This document shows, in pieces, positions 23,314-32,000 of a stretch of 32,000 nt of DNA; within the stretch, counting starts at the first letter, position 1; every line of letters starts with the position of its first letter. Source of the DNA: Cereibacter sphaeroides 2.4.1 (GTDB lineage Bacteria > Pseudomonadota > Alphaproteobacteria > Rhodobacterales > Rhodobacteraceae); contig NC_007494.2 of NCBI RefSeq assembly GCF_000012905.2, positions 911,019 to 943,018 on the forward strand. Direction: 5' to 3'. The translations under genes were made by a program, and so were the position numbers. The notes beneath the pieces are model-generated. The model saw nothing but the letters and a program-made list of their open reading frames with translations, searched no databases and had not been told where the DNA came from.

Positions 23314-24831
23314 TCAGTCCTCGTCGGCCGCAATCTTCACGAGGATGTCGCCGCGTCCGTAGCGGCGCATGAGGATCGGCACGATCAGCGCCGCCGCCGC
23401 GAGCACCAACAGAGTGGCCGCGATGGGCGAGGCGATGAGCGTCGTGACATCCCCCTGCGCGATGGCGAGCGCCCGGCGCAGCTGCTGCTCGGCCATGGGC
23501 CCGAGGATCAGCCCGACCACAACCGGCGCGATGGGATAGCTGAAAAGCCGCATGAGATAGCCCAGCACGCCGAAGCCCAGAAGCATCCCCAGCTCGACCG
23601 GCGAGGGATTGACCCCGATCGTGCCGAGCGTGGCGAAGAGCAGGATGCCCGCATAGAGCCACGGCCTCGGGATGGTCAGCAGCCGCACCCAGAGCCCGAT
23701 CAGCGGCAGGTTCAGCACCAGAAGCATCACGTTGGCGATGAGAAGGCTCGCGATCAGCCCCCAGACGAGCTGGGGATTGGTGGCGAACAGCAGCGGGCCG
23801 GGCTGAAGCCCGAACTGCTGGAAGCCCGCGAGCATGATGGCGGCCGTGGCCGTCGTGGGCAGGCCCAGCGTCAGGAGCGGCACGAGCGTGCCCGCGGCCG
23901 AAGCGTTGTTGGCGGCCTCGGGCCCCGCCACGCCTTCGATGGCGCCGTGGCCGAACTCCTCGGGGTGGCGCGAGAAGCGCTTCTCGGTGGCGTAGGAGAG
24001 GAAACTCGCGATATCGGCCCCGCCCGCCGGCATGGCGCCGATGGGAAAGCCGATCACCGTCCCGCGGAGCCAGCTCTTCCAGGATCGGGCCCAGTCCTGC
24101 GCGGTCATCCAGAGCGAGCCCTTCACCGCGACGGCCTCGCCGTCCCGATGCATCCCGCGGCCCGCCACGAACAGCGCCTCGCCGACCGCGAAGAGCGCCA
24201 CCGCGAGCGTCGTCACCTCGATCCCGTCGAGCAGCTGCGGCACGCCGAAGGAGAGCCGCGCCTGTCCGGTCAGCTGGTCGATGCCCACCACCGCCAGCGC
24301 GAGCCCGATGAAGAGCGAGGTGAGCCCCCGGAGCGTGCTGTCGCCGAAGGCGGCCGAGACGGTGACGAAGGCCAGCACCATCAGCGCGAAATATTCCCGC
24401 GGCCCGAAGACCAGCGCGAGCTTGACCACCGTGGGCGCGATCAGCGCCAAAGCGATGGTCGCGAGAAGCCCCGCCACGAAGGAGCCGATGGCGGCGGTGG
24501 CGAGCGCAGGCCCTCCCCTGCCCGCGCGGGCCATCTTGTTGCCCTCGAGCGCCGTCACGATCGAGGCGCTCTCGCCCGGCGTGTTGAGCAGGATCGAGGT
24601 CGTCGAGCCGCCATACATGCCGCCGTAATAGATCCCGGCGAACATGATGAGCGAGCCCGCCGGATCGAGCCCGTAGGTGACCGGCAGCAGGAGCGCCACC
24701 GTCAGCGCAGGGCCGATGCCCGGAAGCACCCCCACCGCCGTGCCGAGCGTGACCCCCACCAGCGCATAGAGCAGGATCATCGGATCGAGCGCGACCGCGA
24801 GACCCTGCAGGAGGAAGTCGAACGTGCCCAT
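23314..24831 (-). CDS. tctA: Tripartite tricarboxylate transporter large permease TctA, 505 aa
   Basis: Full [11 protein letters not shown]...[24 protein letters not shown] is the TctA signature. The protein is polytopic and hydrophobic. Confidence 0.95.
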   Translation of the reverse strand: MGTFDFLLQGLAVALDPMILLYALVGVTLGTAVGVLPGIGPALTVALLLPVTYGLDPAGSLIMFAGIYYGGMYGGSTTSILLNTPGESASIVTALEGNKMARAGRGGPALATAAIGSFVAGLLATIALALIAPTVVKLALVFGPREYFALMVLAFVTVSAAFGDSTLRGLTSLFIGLALAVVGIDQLTGQARLSFGVPQLLDGIEVTTLAVALFAVGEALFVAGRGMHRDGEAVAVKGSLWMTAQDWARSWKSWLRGTVIGFPIGAMPAGGADIASFLSYATEKRFSRHPEEFGHGAIEGVAGPEAANNASAAGTLVPLLTLGLPTTATAAIMLAGFQQFGLQPGPLLFATNPQLVWGLIASLLIANVMLLVLNLPLIGLWVRLLTIPRPWLYAGILLFATLGTIGVNPSPVELGMLLGFGVLGYLMRLFSYPIAPVVVGLILGPMAEQQLRRALAIAQGDVTTLIASPIAATLLVLAAAALIVPILMRRYGRGDILVKIAADED

Positions 24832-25323
24832 TCAGCCTCCGTAGATCAGCCGCTCGGGCGGGCCCGAGGGCAGGTTCAGCGACAGGATCCCGTCGAAGAG
24901 GCCATAGACCAGCAGCGCGAAGATGAGGCCCGCAGGCAGCGCGATCCAGAGCCTCCGCTCGCCGAAGCCGCGGGCGGTGCAGGCAAAGAGCACGCCGCTC
25001 GCGATGGAGAAGCCCGCCACGGACAGCAGCAGAAGCTGGGCCGCGAGCCCGCCCACGATCCAGAGCACGGCCGGCACCTGCTGGCGCGGGCGGGGCTCGA
25101 AGCCCCCGCGCAGCGCCTCGACCACGGTCCAGACGGCCAGAGCCATCAGGCCCCAGCCGATCATCCGCGGCACGTCGGCGGGGCCCACCCCGCCGTAGCC
25201 GCCCTGCTGCGGCAGGCGATGCGCCTCCCACAGCAGAAGCCCGCCGAGGCCCGCCAAGAGCAGACCGATCACCACCGCGGCGCGGTCGGGGCGGCGCGGA
25301 CTGTCCGGGAAGCGGTGCCTCAT
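24832..25323 (-). CDS. tctB: Tripartite tricarboxylate transporter small membrane protein TctB, 163 aa
   Basis: Full ORF between tctC and tctA, abutting tctA and overlapping tctC by ATGA. It has about four hydrophobic helices. Confidence 0.85.
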   Translation of the reverse strand: MRHRFPDSPRRPDRAAVVIGLLLAGLGGLLLWEAHRLPQQGGYGGVGPADVPRMIGWGLMALAVWTVVEALRGGFEPRPRQQVPAVLWIVGGLAAQLLLLSVAGFSIASGVLFACTARGFGERRLWIALPAGLIFALLVYGLFDGILSLNLPSGPPERLIYGG

Positions 25324-26264
25324 TTGACGAGACCGATCTCCCGCAGGATCCCTTCCGTTGCCTCCCTGTCCTTGGCCAGCTGCTCCGCGAAGGCGTCGCC
25401 GGCGAGCCAGGTGTTGGCCCAGCCTTTCGAGGCCAGCGCCTTCTGCCAGCCCTCGGACGCGTTCATCTTCTCGATGTCGGCCAGAATTGCGGCCTTCTGC
25501 TCGTCAGAGATCCCAGGCGCCGCAGCGATCATCCGCCAGTTCTGCAACACCACGTCATAGCCCGCCTCGGCCAGCGTGGGCGCATCGACCCCCTCGAGCC
25601 GCTCCGGCGCCGTGACGGCCAGAAGCCGCATCGTGCCCGCCTCGACCTGCGGCAGGAACTCGCTCAGCCCCGAGACACCCGCCGTCACCTGGCTGCCGAG
25701 GATCGCCGCCAGCGCCTCGCCGCCGCCCGAAAAGGCGATGTAGTTGATCTTCGTCGGATCGACCCCGGCCGCCTTGGCCAACAGCCCCACCGCGATATGG
25801 TCGGTGCCGCCCGCCGATCCCCCGGCCCAGGACACGGCGCCGGGATCCGCCTTCAATTGATCGACGAGCTCGCCGACCGTCTGGATCGGCGACGAGGCCG
25901 GCACGACGATGGCCTCATATTCCCCGGTCAGGCGCGCGACGGGCGTCACGTCATCGAGACCCACGGGCGAGCCGTTGGTGAGGATCGCGCCCACCATCAC
26001 ATAGCCGCCGACGATGAGCTGGCTCGGGTCGCCCGCCGCCGAAGCCACGAACTGCGCGAGCCCCACGGTGCCGCCCGCGCCCGGCACGTTCTGGACCTGC
26101 ACGCTGTCCGAGATGCCTTCGGACCGCAGCACCTCCTGCATGGTGCGGGCGGTCTGATCCCAGCCGCCACCGGGCGCGGCGGGGGCAAGGATCGTGTAAT
26201 CGGCAGCGAGCGCCGGCAGCGCCAGAGCGCCCGCCATCAGGCTTGCCAGAATGAAACGTGTCAT
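25320..26264 (-). CDS. tctC: Tripartite tricarboxylate transporter substrate-binding protein TctC (Bug family), 314 aa
   Basis: Full ORF with GGGAGG upstream. The signal peptide ends ALAADY. PGAGGTVG, WAGGSAGGTDH and NYIAFSGGGEA are Bug/TctC motifs. Confidence 0.9.
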   Translation of the reverse strand: MTRFILASLMAGALALPALAADYTILAPAAPGGGWDQTARTMQEVLRSEGISDSVQVQNVPGAGGTVGLAQFVASAAGDPSQLIVGGYVMVGAILTNGSPVGLDDVTPVARLTGEYEAIVVPASSPIQTVGELVDQLKADPGAVSWAGGSAGGTDHIAVGLLAKAAGVDPTKINYIAFSGGGEALAAILGSQVTAGVSGLSEFLPQVEAGTMRLLAVTAPERLEGVDAPTLAEAGYDVVLQNWRMIAAAPGISDEQKAAILADIEKMNASEGWQKALASKGWANTWLAGDAFAEQLAKDREATEGILREIGLVK

Positions 26265-26502
26265 GACTGTCCTCCCTCGTGGAACGTCGGTCCCGAGGCA
26301 GGGGCCGGTCCTCCTCCGGCGGCCTGCGACCGATCGTCACCGCGACAGTCTCATCCCGCGGACGTTCTGAAAAGCAGGAAAAGCCGCCGGGACCTCGCGG
26401 AAAACCGCAGGGGCGGGGTGGTGGATGGGAGGGTTTTCGAGGCGGCATCCTGTTGCGGGGCGAGCCGCGACGGCCCTGCCCCGCCCATGGGCGTGCCGTG
26501 CC

Positions 26503-26700
26503 TCAGCCGTGACGGCCGCGCGCCGCCGCTTCGATCTTCCGGTCGGTCTGATACTGGCTCAGCGCGAACACCGACCAGATGGCCGCCGGAAGCCAGCCGA
26601 TCAGCGTCAGCTGCAGGATCAGACAGATGATGCCGGCAAAGGGGCGGCCGATGGTGAAGAACTGCAGCCAGGGCAGCAGAATGGCGAGGATCAGGCGCAT
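26503..26700 (-). CDS. YqaE/Pmp3-like small membrane protein, 65 aa
   Basis: Start at MRLILAILLPWLQFF (ATG 26698-26700). Two hydrophobic helices resembling the Pmp3 pattern ILAILLP...G..P. Confidence 0.6.
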   Translation of the reverse strand: MRLILAILLPWLQFFTIGRPFAGIICLILQLTLIGWLPAAIWSVFALSQYQTDRKIEAAARGRHG

Positions 26701-26838
26701 GTCGATTGGTCCTTCTGTCTCCGAAGCCGGATCTAGGATCGAGGCGCCCGTTTTTCCAGTATTCCTCGGAGACGCGCCCCTCCATCCCCTCGGCGCATCC
26801 GGAACTGCGCGGTGCTCCGCATCTGGCCGAGGATTTGA

Positions 26839-26856
26839 GGTTTCGCGGCGAAAACC
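26839..26856. promoter_or_regulatory. Degenerate parS-like palindrome
   Basis: GGTTTCGC-G-GCGAAAACC. One arm carries an extra A relative to the other copies. Confidence 0.4.
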
Positions 26857-27126
26857 CCGCGGCGGAGAGAGGCGGGGACTGTCGGCAGAGGCGCTCATTC
26901 TTCAGGAATTTTGCGCGTTAAACAGTCAAGGATCCGATTCCACTCATGAATCTCACTCGGCCCTGAGCGTCACAAGTACCCGTTTCCGGGACACGTCGAG
27001 AGAGATCGAAGCAAGGGTACGCTCCTCATTCGGGAAGTCTGGTCCCGATAAGGTGGCTTGTCCAGCCCGAAGGTCCCGAGGGGCGAAGCCGGGTTTCCCG
27101 GCGTCCGCCCCTCGGAAAGCTGTGGG

Positions 27127-28212
27127 TCAACCGGGTTTCGCCGGCGAAACCCTCCCCGACGCCAGCAGCTTTCGCAACTCCTGCGCGACACGCTGCGCCA
27201 GCGCTTCGTCGACGTCGTCACCCTCCAACCGCAACAGGTAGCCCGGACCGTCGCCCGACCGCTCGATCTGGACCGTTGCTGCCACAGGAACCTGTTTACG
27301 GGGCGGGCGGCCGCCGCGCGACGGGTCCGCCACCGTCCCTTCGGCGGCCTTCACCAAGGGCTCCATCAGCAGCCACTCCGCCTCGGCATCGCCGCCCTGC
27401 CCCGCCGCCAGCGCCTCGCGCAGTGCTCCGGCGTAGCCCAGCCGCAGGGCGTGGGCCAGACGCAGGCCGGGCCGCTCGCCCAGCGTCGTGGCGAAACCCA
27501 GAAGATCGCCCAGCTCTTCATGGATAAGCGCGAAGCTGCGGATCTTCGACCGCTTCGCCTTCGAGGCCGCGCCGAACAGCACGTCGACCGCTTCCTCGAC
27601 CGACCCGAACGCCCCCTGCCCCGCAGCGAGGGCCGCGATCCTGCCGCGCTCGTAAGGCGAGAGGTCAGAGCGGATCTCGTTTTCCTCGACCATCGCGACA
27701 TAGGCTGCCGAGACGTCGGTCGGCCGCCGCACCAGCGCACGCACCCGGGCGAAGCGCCCGTCGCCCGTCTCGGCATGGAGCGAGCGCAGCGCCCACAGAC
27801 GCCGCCAGCCGGAGATCAGACCGTAGCGCTCTCCCTGCCCCTCCGGCCGCTCGAACACCTCGACCGGCAACCGCAGCCCATGCGCTCGGATCGAGGCGCG
27901 CAGCTCGTCCATTTCCTCGCCGTCGATCTTCAGCCGGTCGCGCGTCAGATCATCGGCGCGGATCTCGGCCAGCGGGATCTCGAGCAGAAGCAACCCTTCG
28001 GCCTCGGCCTGCCTCAGCCGTGTGGCATCGGCGCTGTCCTTCGCGGCCGCGGCACGTTCGGCCGTGGGCATCGGCATGGCCAGCGAGGCCGCATCCGCCG
28101 CCACCTGTGCGATGGGCGGCCGCGTGCTGGTGGAGGTTTCGCGGGCGAAACCGGTCTCCAGCTCCTCGAGTTCTTCCGCCGAGGGAGCCTCAAGCCGTCT
28201 GCGCTTCGCCAT
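27127..28212 (-). CDS. parB: ParB/RepB-type partition protein, 361 aa
   Basis: Full ORF with AAGGAGG upstream. The ParB N-terminal domain pattern is present: LLEIPLAEIRADDLTRDR...EEMDELRASIRAHGLRLPVEV...YGLISGWRRLWALR. It overlaps parA by 23 nt. Confidence 0.9.
   Translation of the reverse strand: MAKRRRLEAPSAEELEELETGFARETSTSTRPPIAQVAADAASLAMPMPTAERAAAAKDSADATRLRQAEAEGLLLLEIPLAEIRADDLTRDRLKIDGEEMDELRASIRAHGLRLPVEVFERPEGQGERYGLISGWRRLWALRSLHAETGDGRFARVRALVRRPTDVSAAYVAMVEENEIRSDLSPYERGRIAALAAGQGAFGSVEEAVDVLFGAASKAKRSKIRSFALIHEELGDLLGFATTLGERPGLRLAHALRLGYAGALREALAAGQGGDAEAEWLLMEPLVKAAEGTVADPSRGGRPPRKQVPVAATVQIERSGDGPGYLLRLEGDDVDEALAQRVAQELRKLLASGRVSPAKPG
27133..27152. promoter_or_regulatory. 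parS-like perfect 20-bp palindrome
   Basis: GGGTTTCGCCGGCGAAACCC is identical to its reverse complement. It lies in the last codons of parB. Confidence 0.6.
28135..28152. promoter_or_regulatory. parS-like palindrome inside the 5-prime part of parB
   Basis: GGTTTCGC-GG-GCGAAACC, with 8-bp arms. Confidence 0.55.
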
Positions 28213-29596
28213 TCTCCGCCTCCTTCTTCTCCATCGCCTGATCGCGCCACCAGGACCCGATCAGGATCTCCTTGAACTCCGCATAGGTCCGATCGAAGGT
28301 CTCGCGGCCCCGCACATAGGTCTCGCGGTTGAAATCGCGGTAGTCGGCCTCGTAGATGCCGTTCACCTGCTCTCCCGCCTGGCCCACCAGCGCGGTGAAG
28401 TCCTGCCGATAGGCGTTCATGAAATCGCCGAAATAGGCCTGCACCACGTTCGCCAGATCGGTCTGCTGGTTCGCGTCGAAACGAGTGATGAGCGCGCGCA
28501 CCACGTCCCACTCGAATTTCATCTCCGGCAGCCCCGCCGTCCGACGCGCCGCGTTCTCGCCGTCCTCGATCGAGGCGAAGGTCGAGTACAGCATGTCGAA
28601 GAAGCGGCCCGTGGAATCGAACTCGAGGAAGGACGCCCCCAGCGGCACGAGCAGAATGTCGGCCGCGGCCAGCGCGTTGATCGTAAGGTACCCAAGTGCA
28701 GGAGGCGTATCGAGCAGGATGATGTCATAATCCCGCAGAAGCCCCTCACGCCCCAGAAACCCGGTGAGTGCGTCCCACAGGGGCCAGCGCCGCAGCATCA
28801 TGCGCCAGACCGGAACCTGAAACTCGGCCCAGTAGAGGTTCAGCTGCGCGCCGATCAAGTCGATGTTCGGCCAGTGCGTCTTCTGCACCACGTCGGCCGC
28901 CGTGATCTTCAGCGCCTCGGTCAGGGTTTCGTCGAGGGGCAGGGGGCCTTCGCCCTTCGCTTCCCGGACCTCGTTCTCCTCCCGCACATGGAGCGCATAG
29001 TCCTTGGCCAGCAGCGGGAAGACCGTCTGCCATTCGTCGGCCACCCTGCCGCCCATGATGGAGGTCATCGAGCCCTGGCTGTCGAGATCGATCACCAGTA
29101 CCCGGTAGCCATCGAGCGCCGCCGACATGGCGAGATGGGCGGCAGTCGAGGTTTTGCCCACACCGCCCTTGAAGTTCGCGACCGCCACGACCTTGGCCGG
29201 CAGCCCCTTCGGGCGATAAGGGCGATATTCCTTCTTGGCGGCCCCTTCCTCCGCGAAGAAGTTTCGCAGCGCGAGCACTTCCTCGAGGGTGAACCATTTT
29301 GCGCCGCCTTCGCCTTCGCCTTGCGGAAGCTCGGGATTGTTGCGAAGGACCCGTCGCAGGTGCGACGATGCCACGGGAATCAGATAGCGGCAGATCTCCC
29401 ATGTCGAGAACTTGCGCAGCCGCTTCTTGCCGTCTGGCGCATAGCCTTTGCGGGCGAGATCGTCCCGCCCGCGCGCGCAGAAGGCCGCCGCCTTCGCGAA
29501 TCGCGTCGTGTCCACCGGTCGTCCGAGCTTTGCAGCGGCCGAGGCTGGATCAAGGTTGAAGTAGGGCGGCAGAGATAAGTCCGTCTTGCGTGTCAT
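28190..29596 (-). CDS. parA: ParA/RepA-type partition ATPase, 468 aa (GTG at 29620 would add 8 aa)
   Basis: The deviant Walker A VANFKGGVGKTSTAAHL and the motif VLVIDLDSQGS are present. The long N-terminal extension is typical of plasmid ParA/RepA proteins. The ATG at 29594-29596 is preferred. Confidence 0.9.
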   Translation of the reverse strand: MTRKTDLSLPPYFNLDPASAAAKLGRPVDTTRFAKAAAFCARGRDDLARKGYAPDGKKRLRKFSTWEICRYLIPVASSHLRRVLRNNPELPQGEGEGGAKWFTLEEVLALRNFFAEEGAAKKEYRPYRPKGLPAKVVAVANFKGGVGKTSTAAHLAMSAALDGYRVLVIDLDSQGSMTSIMGGRVADEWQTVFPLLAKDYALHVREENEVREAKGEGPLPLDETLTEALKITAADVVQKTHWPNIDLIGAQLNLYWAEFQVPVWRMMLRRWPLWDALTGFLGREGLLRDYDIILLDTPPALGYLTINALAAADILLVPLGASFLEFDSTGRFFDMLYSTFASIEDGENAARRTAGLPEMKFEWDVVRALITRFDANQQTDLANVVQAYFGDFMNAYRQDFTALVGQAGEQVNGIYEADYRDFNRETYVRGRETFDRTYAEFKEILIGSWWRDQAMEKKEAENGEAQTA

Positions 29597-29712
29597 GTCC
29601 GACTGTCCACTCGATGTCACATGTTTCGGTGCCTGTTTTGAAAACTATGGCACATCGCGCTGCTGCCGGGAACAGCCTTCGAACTAGAGACATGGGAAGG
29701 GTCGTGAGGCCG

Positions 29713-29728
29713 GTTTCGCAGGCGAAAC
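29713..29728. promoter_or_regulatory. parS-like palindrome upstream of parA
   Basis: GTTTCGC-AG-GCGAAAC in the parA / rep intergenic region, about 120 bp upstream of the parA start. Confidence 0.55.
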
Positions 29729-30191
29729 TCCCTCAACATCGGATGAAAACACACAGCCGCGGATGTGAAAGCTTGTTTGTTCTTTCAGAACTTGAGAGTC
29801 TTTCCGCAGATATTTTGCATCTCCTTCAGTGCTTTACTCTAAACTGGGAACCCATCCACGGGTTGATCGGCACCGGTTTGCAGGACCGAGGGCACCCGTC
29901 AACAGGGGCAAGAGCATCCGATTCCGGGCTCACAGGCACCAGAATCCGGCTCTGATTCGACCCATGTGCATCCCGATTCGCACTTTCAAGCGGTTAGCGG
30001 ACGTTCTTGGAGCGTACCGGGAGGCGCCGTCCGGGCGCTCGTCCTGTAGACAGGTCCCCAAGGCATCCGTCGAGCGTCGACAGGGACCCGTTTACGGGAG
30101 GCCGTTTCAGGCCCCGATGGGTACCTGAACGTGGCTTGAGGCAGGGTCCCTTTTCCGGCATCATGAGGGCGAGCAGAAAAAGGGCAGGGGC

Positions 30192-31505
30192 ATGGCGCAG
30201 AAGATCGCTGGCCGGAGCAGGGCGACCGAGGGCGCGCTGCGCGACATTCCACGCGATGCGCTCACGGGCGCATTGCGACGCGAGTCGGTGAAGAAGAACG
30301 TGGCGGCGATCCACGTTTCGGGGAAACTCACGCTTCTGCAGCGCAAGCTGTCGAACGTGCTGCTCCTCAACGCCTACGACCATCTGATCACCCGGCCGAA
30401 GCATGCGATCGATGCCCGCACGCTCTGCCTGATGATCGGCTACAATTCGAACGATATGGAGACCCTGAAGGCCTCGCTGCGCAGCCTCGCCGAGACGGTT
30501 GCCGAGTGGGACATGCTGGACCAGAAGGGGCGGCAGGAATGGGGCGTCTCTTCTCTCCTTTCCTATGCGAAGCTCTCGGGCGGGATCTGCGAATATGCCT
30601 ATTCCCCGGCCCTGGCCGAGAAGCTGCACGATCCGAAGGTCTTCGCGCTCATCAACCTGAACATCCAGCGGCGCTTCACGTCGGGGCACGCGCTTGCCCT
30701 CTATGAGAACTGCTTCCGCTTCGTGCGCACGGGCTCGACCGGCTGGTGGCCCATCGACATCTTCCGGCGGCTCATGGGCGTGGACGACAGCGCCTATTAC
30801 GAGAATTTCAAGCAGCTCAACGCCAAGATCATCAAGCCCGCGGTGGCCGAGGTGAACAAGAGTTCGAACATCATCGTCACGCCCGAGTTCCGCAAGATGG
30901 CGCGCGCCGTCACCGACGTGCGCTTCCTCATCAAGGAGAACCCGCAGCTCGCCATGTTCGAGATCGACGACGGCGAGGCCATGCGCAGCTCGCGCACCTA
31001 CCAGCGGCTGATCGCGGTGGGGGTCGGCGACAGGCTGGCCCGGCAGTGGATCGCCGAGCATGGCGAGAGCCACGTCGCCGAGAAGCTCGACTATGTCGCG
31101 GGGCAGGGCAGGGTGACGAGCCCGGTGCGCTATCTCTCGGCCGCGCTGCGCGACGATTACGCGACATCCGCCACGCCCGAGCCCTCGCCCGAAGCGGTGG
31201 AGGCCGCGGCCCGACGCCGGGCTGCGGAAGAAGAGCAGGCGCGCGCGGAGGCCGCGCGTGAGGCGGCCGTCGCGGCCGAGCGTCGGAACCGCTCGGAGCG
31301 ACTCGCGCGGGTGCGGGCGGTTGCCGATTCCCGGAACCCGACTCAGCGGGACGCGGACCGTCGTCTGTTTCTGCGCCGTCTCGAGGGGGATCTGGAGCGG
31401 GCCGATTTTGCGAGGCTGGGTTGGGGATCTGCGCTGAATGCGCGGGCGATCTTTGCCTTCTGGGAGGAGCTGGAGCCGGGGATTTTCGAGGGAATCGCGG
31501 CCTGA
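30192..31505 (+). CDS. rep: Plasmid replication initiator (Rep_3/RepB-like winged-helix initiator), 437 aa
   Basis: Full ORF divergent from parAB. ...LLQRKLSNVLLLNAY..., FALINLNIQRRFTSGHALALYENCFRF and YYENFKQLNAKIIKPAVAEVNKSSNIIVTPEF...VTDVRFLI resemble my recollection of the initiator replication protein pattern. The tail is Ala/Glu/Arg-rich. Confidence 0.8.
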   Translation: MAQKIAGRSRATEGALRDIPRDALTGALRRESVKKNVAAIHVSGKLTLLQRKLSNVLLLNAYDHLITRPKHAIDARTLCLMIGYNSNDMETLKASLRSLAETVAEWDMLDQKGRQEWGVSSLLSYAKLSGGICEYAYSPALAEKLHDPKVFALINLNIQRRFTSGHALALYENCFRFVRTGSTGWWPIDIFRRLMGVDDSAYYENFKQLNAKIIKPAVAEVNKSSNIIVTPEFRKMARAVTDVRFLIKENPQLAMFEIDDGEAMRSSRTYQRLIAVGVGDRLARQWIAEHGESHVAEKLDYVAGQGRVTSPVRYLSAALRDDYATSATPEPSPEAVEAAARRRAAEEEQARAEAAREAAVAAERRNRSERLARVRAVADSRNPTQRDADRRLFLRRLEGDLERADFARLGWGSALNARAIFAFWEELEPGIFEGIAA

Positions 31506-32000
31506 GGTCCGGGCGGGGCAGGGGCGGGCAGGCGGTGCGGCGGCTCCGGTGAAGTCCTTGCGGATCAGCGGGTTGCGAGGAATTTCCATGCGGCTGTCAT
31601 TTTTCCTCTTGCGGGTTTTTTTGCGGTTCCCTAGATAGCGCCTCACCGAAGCGGAACGGCGACGGTGACGGGGTTGAGAGGCGGCGGTGCTGCCTTGAGG
31701 CTTTCGGAAATCTGGAAGATGAGGCGGACGGGATCGCTGGTTGACTGGCGTCTCGGTTTGTTTTGTCTTCTGCGCTCTTTGACATTGATGATGATGAAGG
31801 GATATGCGGGCGGTTTGGTCGTTTCGACGGCGGACCGGATGCATATCGGCTCACTAGCTTCGGCGATGATGTGGGTGAAAGCTTCACTGTCTTGTGGGTC
31901 ACGTTACTTCGGTAACTTGGCACATGGACAGAAAGACCTCGGGCGATGCCCGAGGCAGATGTGCGAAGGTTCGACGTCAAGGACAGCGCTTCGGCGCTTT

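Noticed and set aside
27127-31505. Classification of the maintenance module as a repABC operon
   Set aside because: In repABC the three genes are co-directional and repC follows repB. Here the initiator is divergent from parAB and looks Rep_3/winged-helix-like rather than RepC-like.
31779-32000. An rRNA operon promoter and leader at the window edge. GCTCTTTGACA resembles a boxA-like GCTCTTTAACA and there are several leader-like hairpins.
   Set aside because: No 16S sequence is present in the window, and the boxA-like word coincides with the -35 hexamer. The evidence is too thin to call.

Overview
This is high-GC DNA that looks alphaproteobacterial, probably Rhodobacterales. That placement is an inference from composition and gene families. 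It appears to come from a secondary replicon or chromid.

- **1 to ~12.85 kb:** the immunity, replication, early and integration part of a lambdoid prophage. Its left end lies outside the window.
  - It has a CI/S24 repressor and a divergent Cro-like gene, separated by three GGGG-N-CCCC operators. A second operator pair overlaps a TTGACA-N17-TAGCTT promoter.
  - The leftward replication operon encodes DUF1937, an HTH protein, a DnaA-domain-IV-like protein and DUF1376, followed by a phased TTCTGTCC iteron array.
  - The rightward early operon encodes DUF2303, Gp37/Gp68, DUF4326 and many small ORFs.
  - An AT-rich island precedes a compact C5-methyltransferase-like gene. Excisionase and a tyrosine integrase follow, ending 63 bp from tRNA-Val(TAC) at 12848-12923.
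- **13.3-20.6 kb:** a minus-strand catabolic operon with a divergent RpiR regulator. It encodes a TAXI-TRAP receptor, a fused TRAP permease, a universal stress protein, a class-III aminotransferase and a BKACE/DUF849 enzyme. The permease is frameshifted in a C7/G7 run.
- **20.9-23.1 kb:** a NodB-type deacetylase, a small CxxC protein and a COG0523 GTPase whose C-terminus is frameshifted in a C-run.
- **23.3-26.3 kb:** tctCBA.
- **26.5-32 kb:** a YqaE/Pmp3-like gene, then a plasmid-type maintenance module. It consists of parAB, a divergent Rep_3-like initiator and four GTTTCGC-N-GCGAAAC palindromes, with AT-rich structured DNA on both sides.

I saw no rRNA, CRISPR array or transposase, and no recognisable defence system. 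The best candidates for something undescribed are:

- the methyltransferase-like cargo gene that lacks a target-recognition domain, together with its AT-rich island
- the DUF5131 / Zn-ribbon / DUF4326 block
- the domain-IV-only DnaA-like replication module with its iterons
- the deacetylase/COG0523 pairing
- the BKACE-aminotransferase-TAXI operon, whose substrate is unknown
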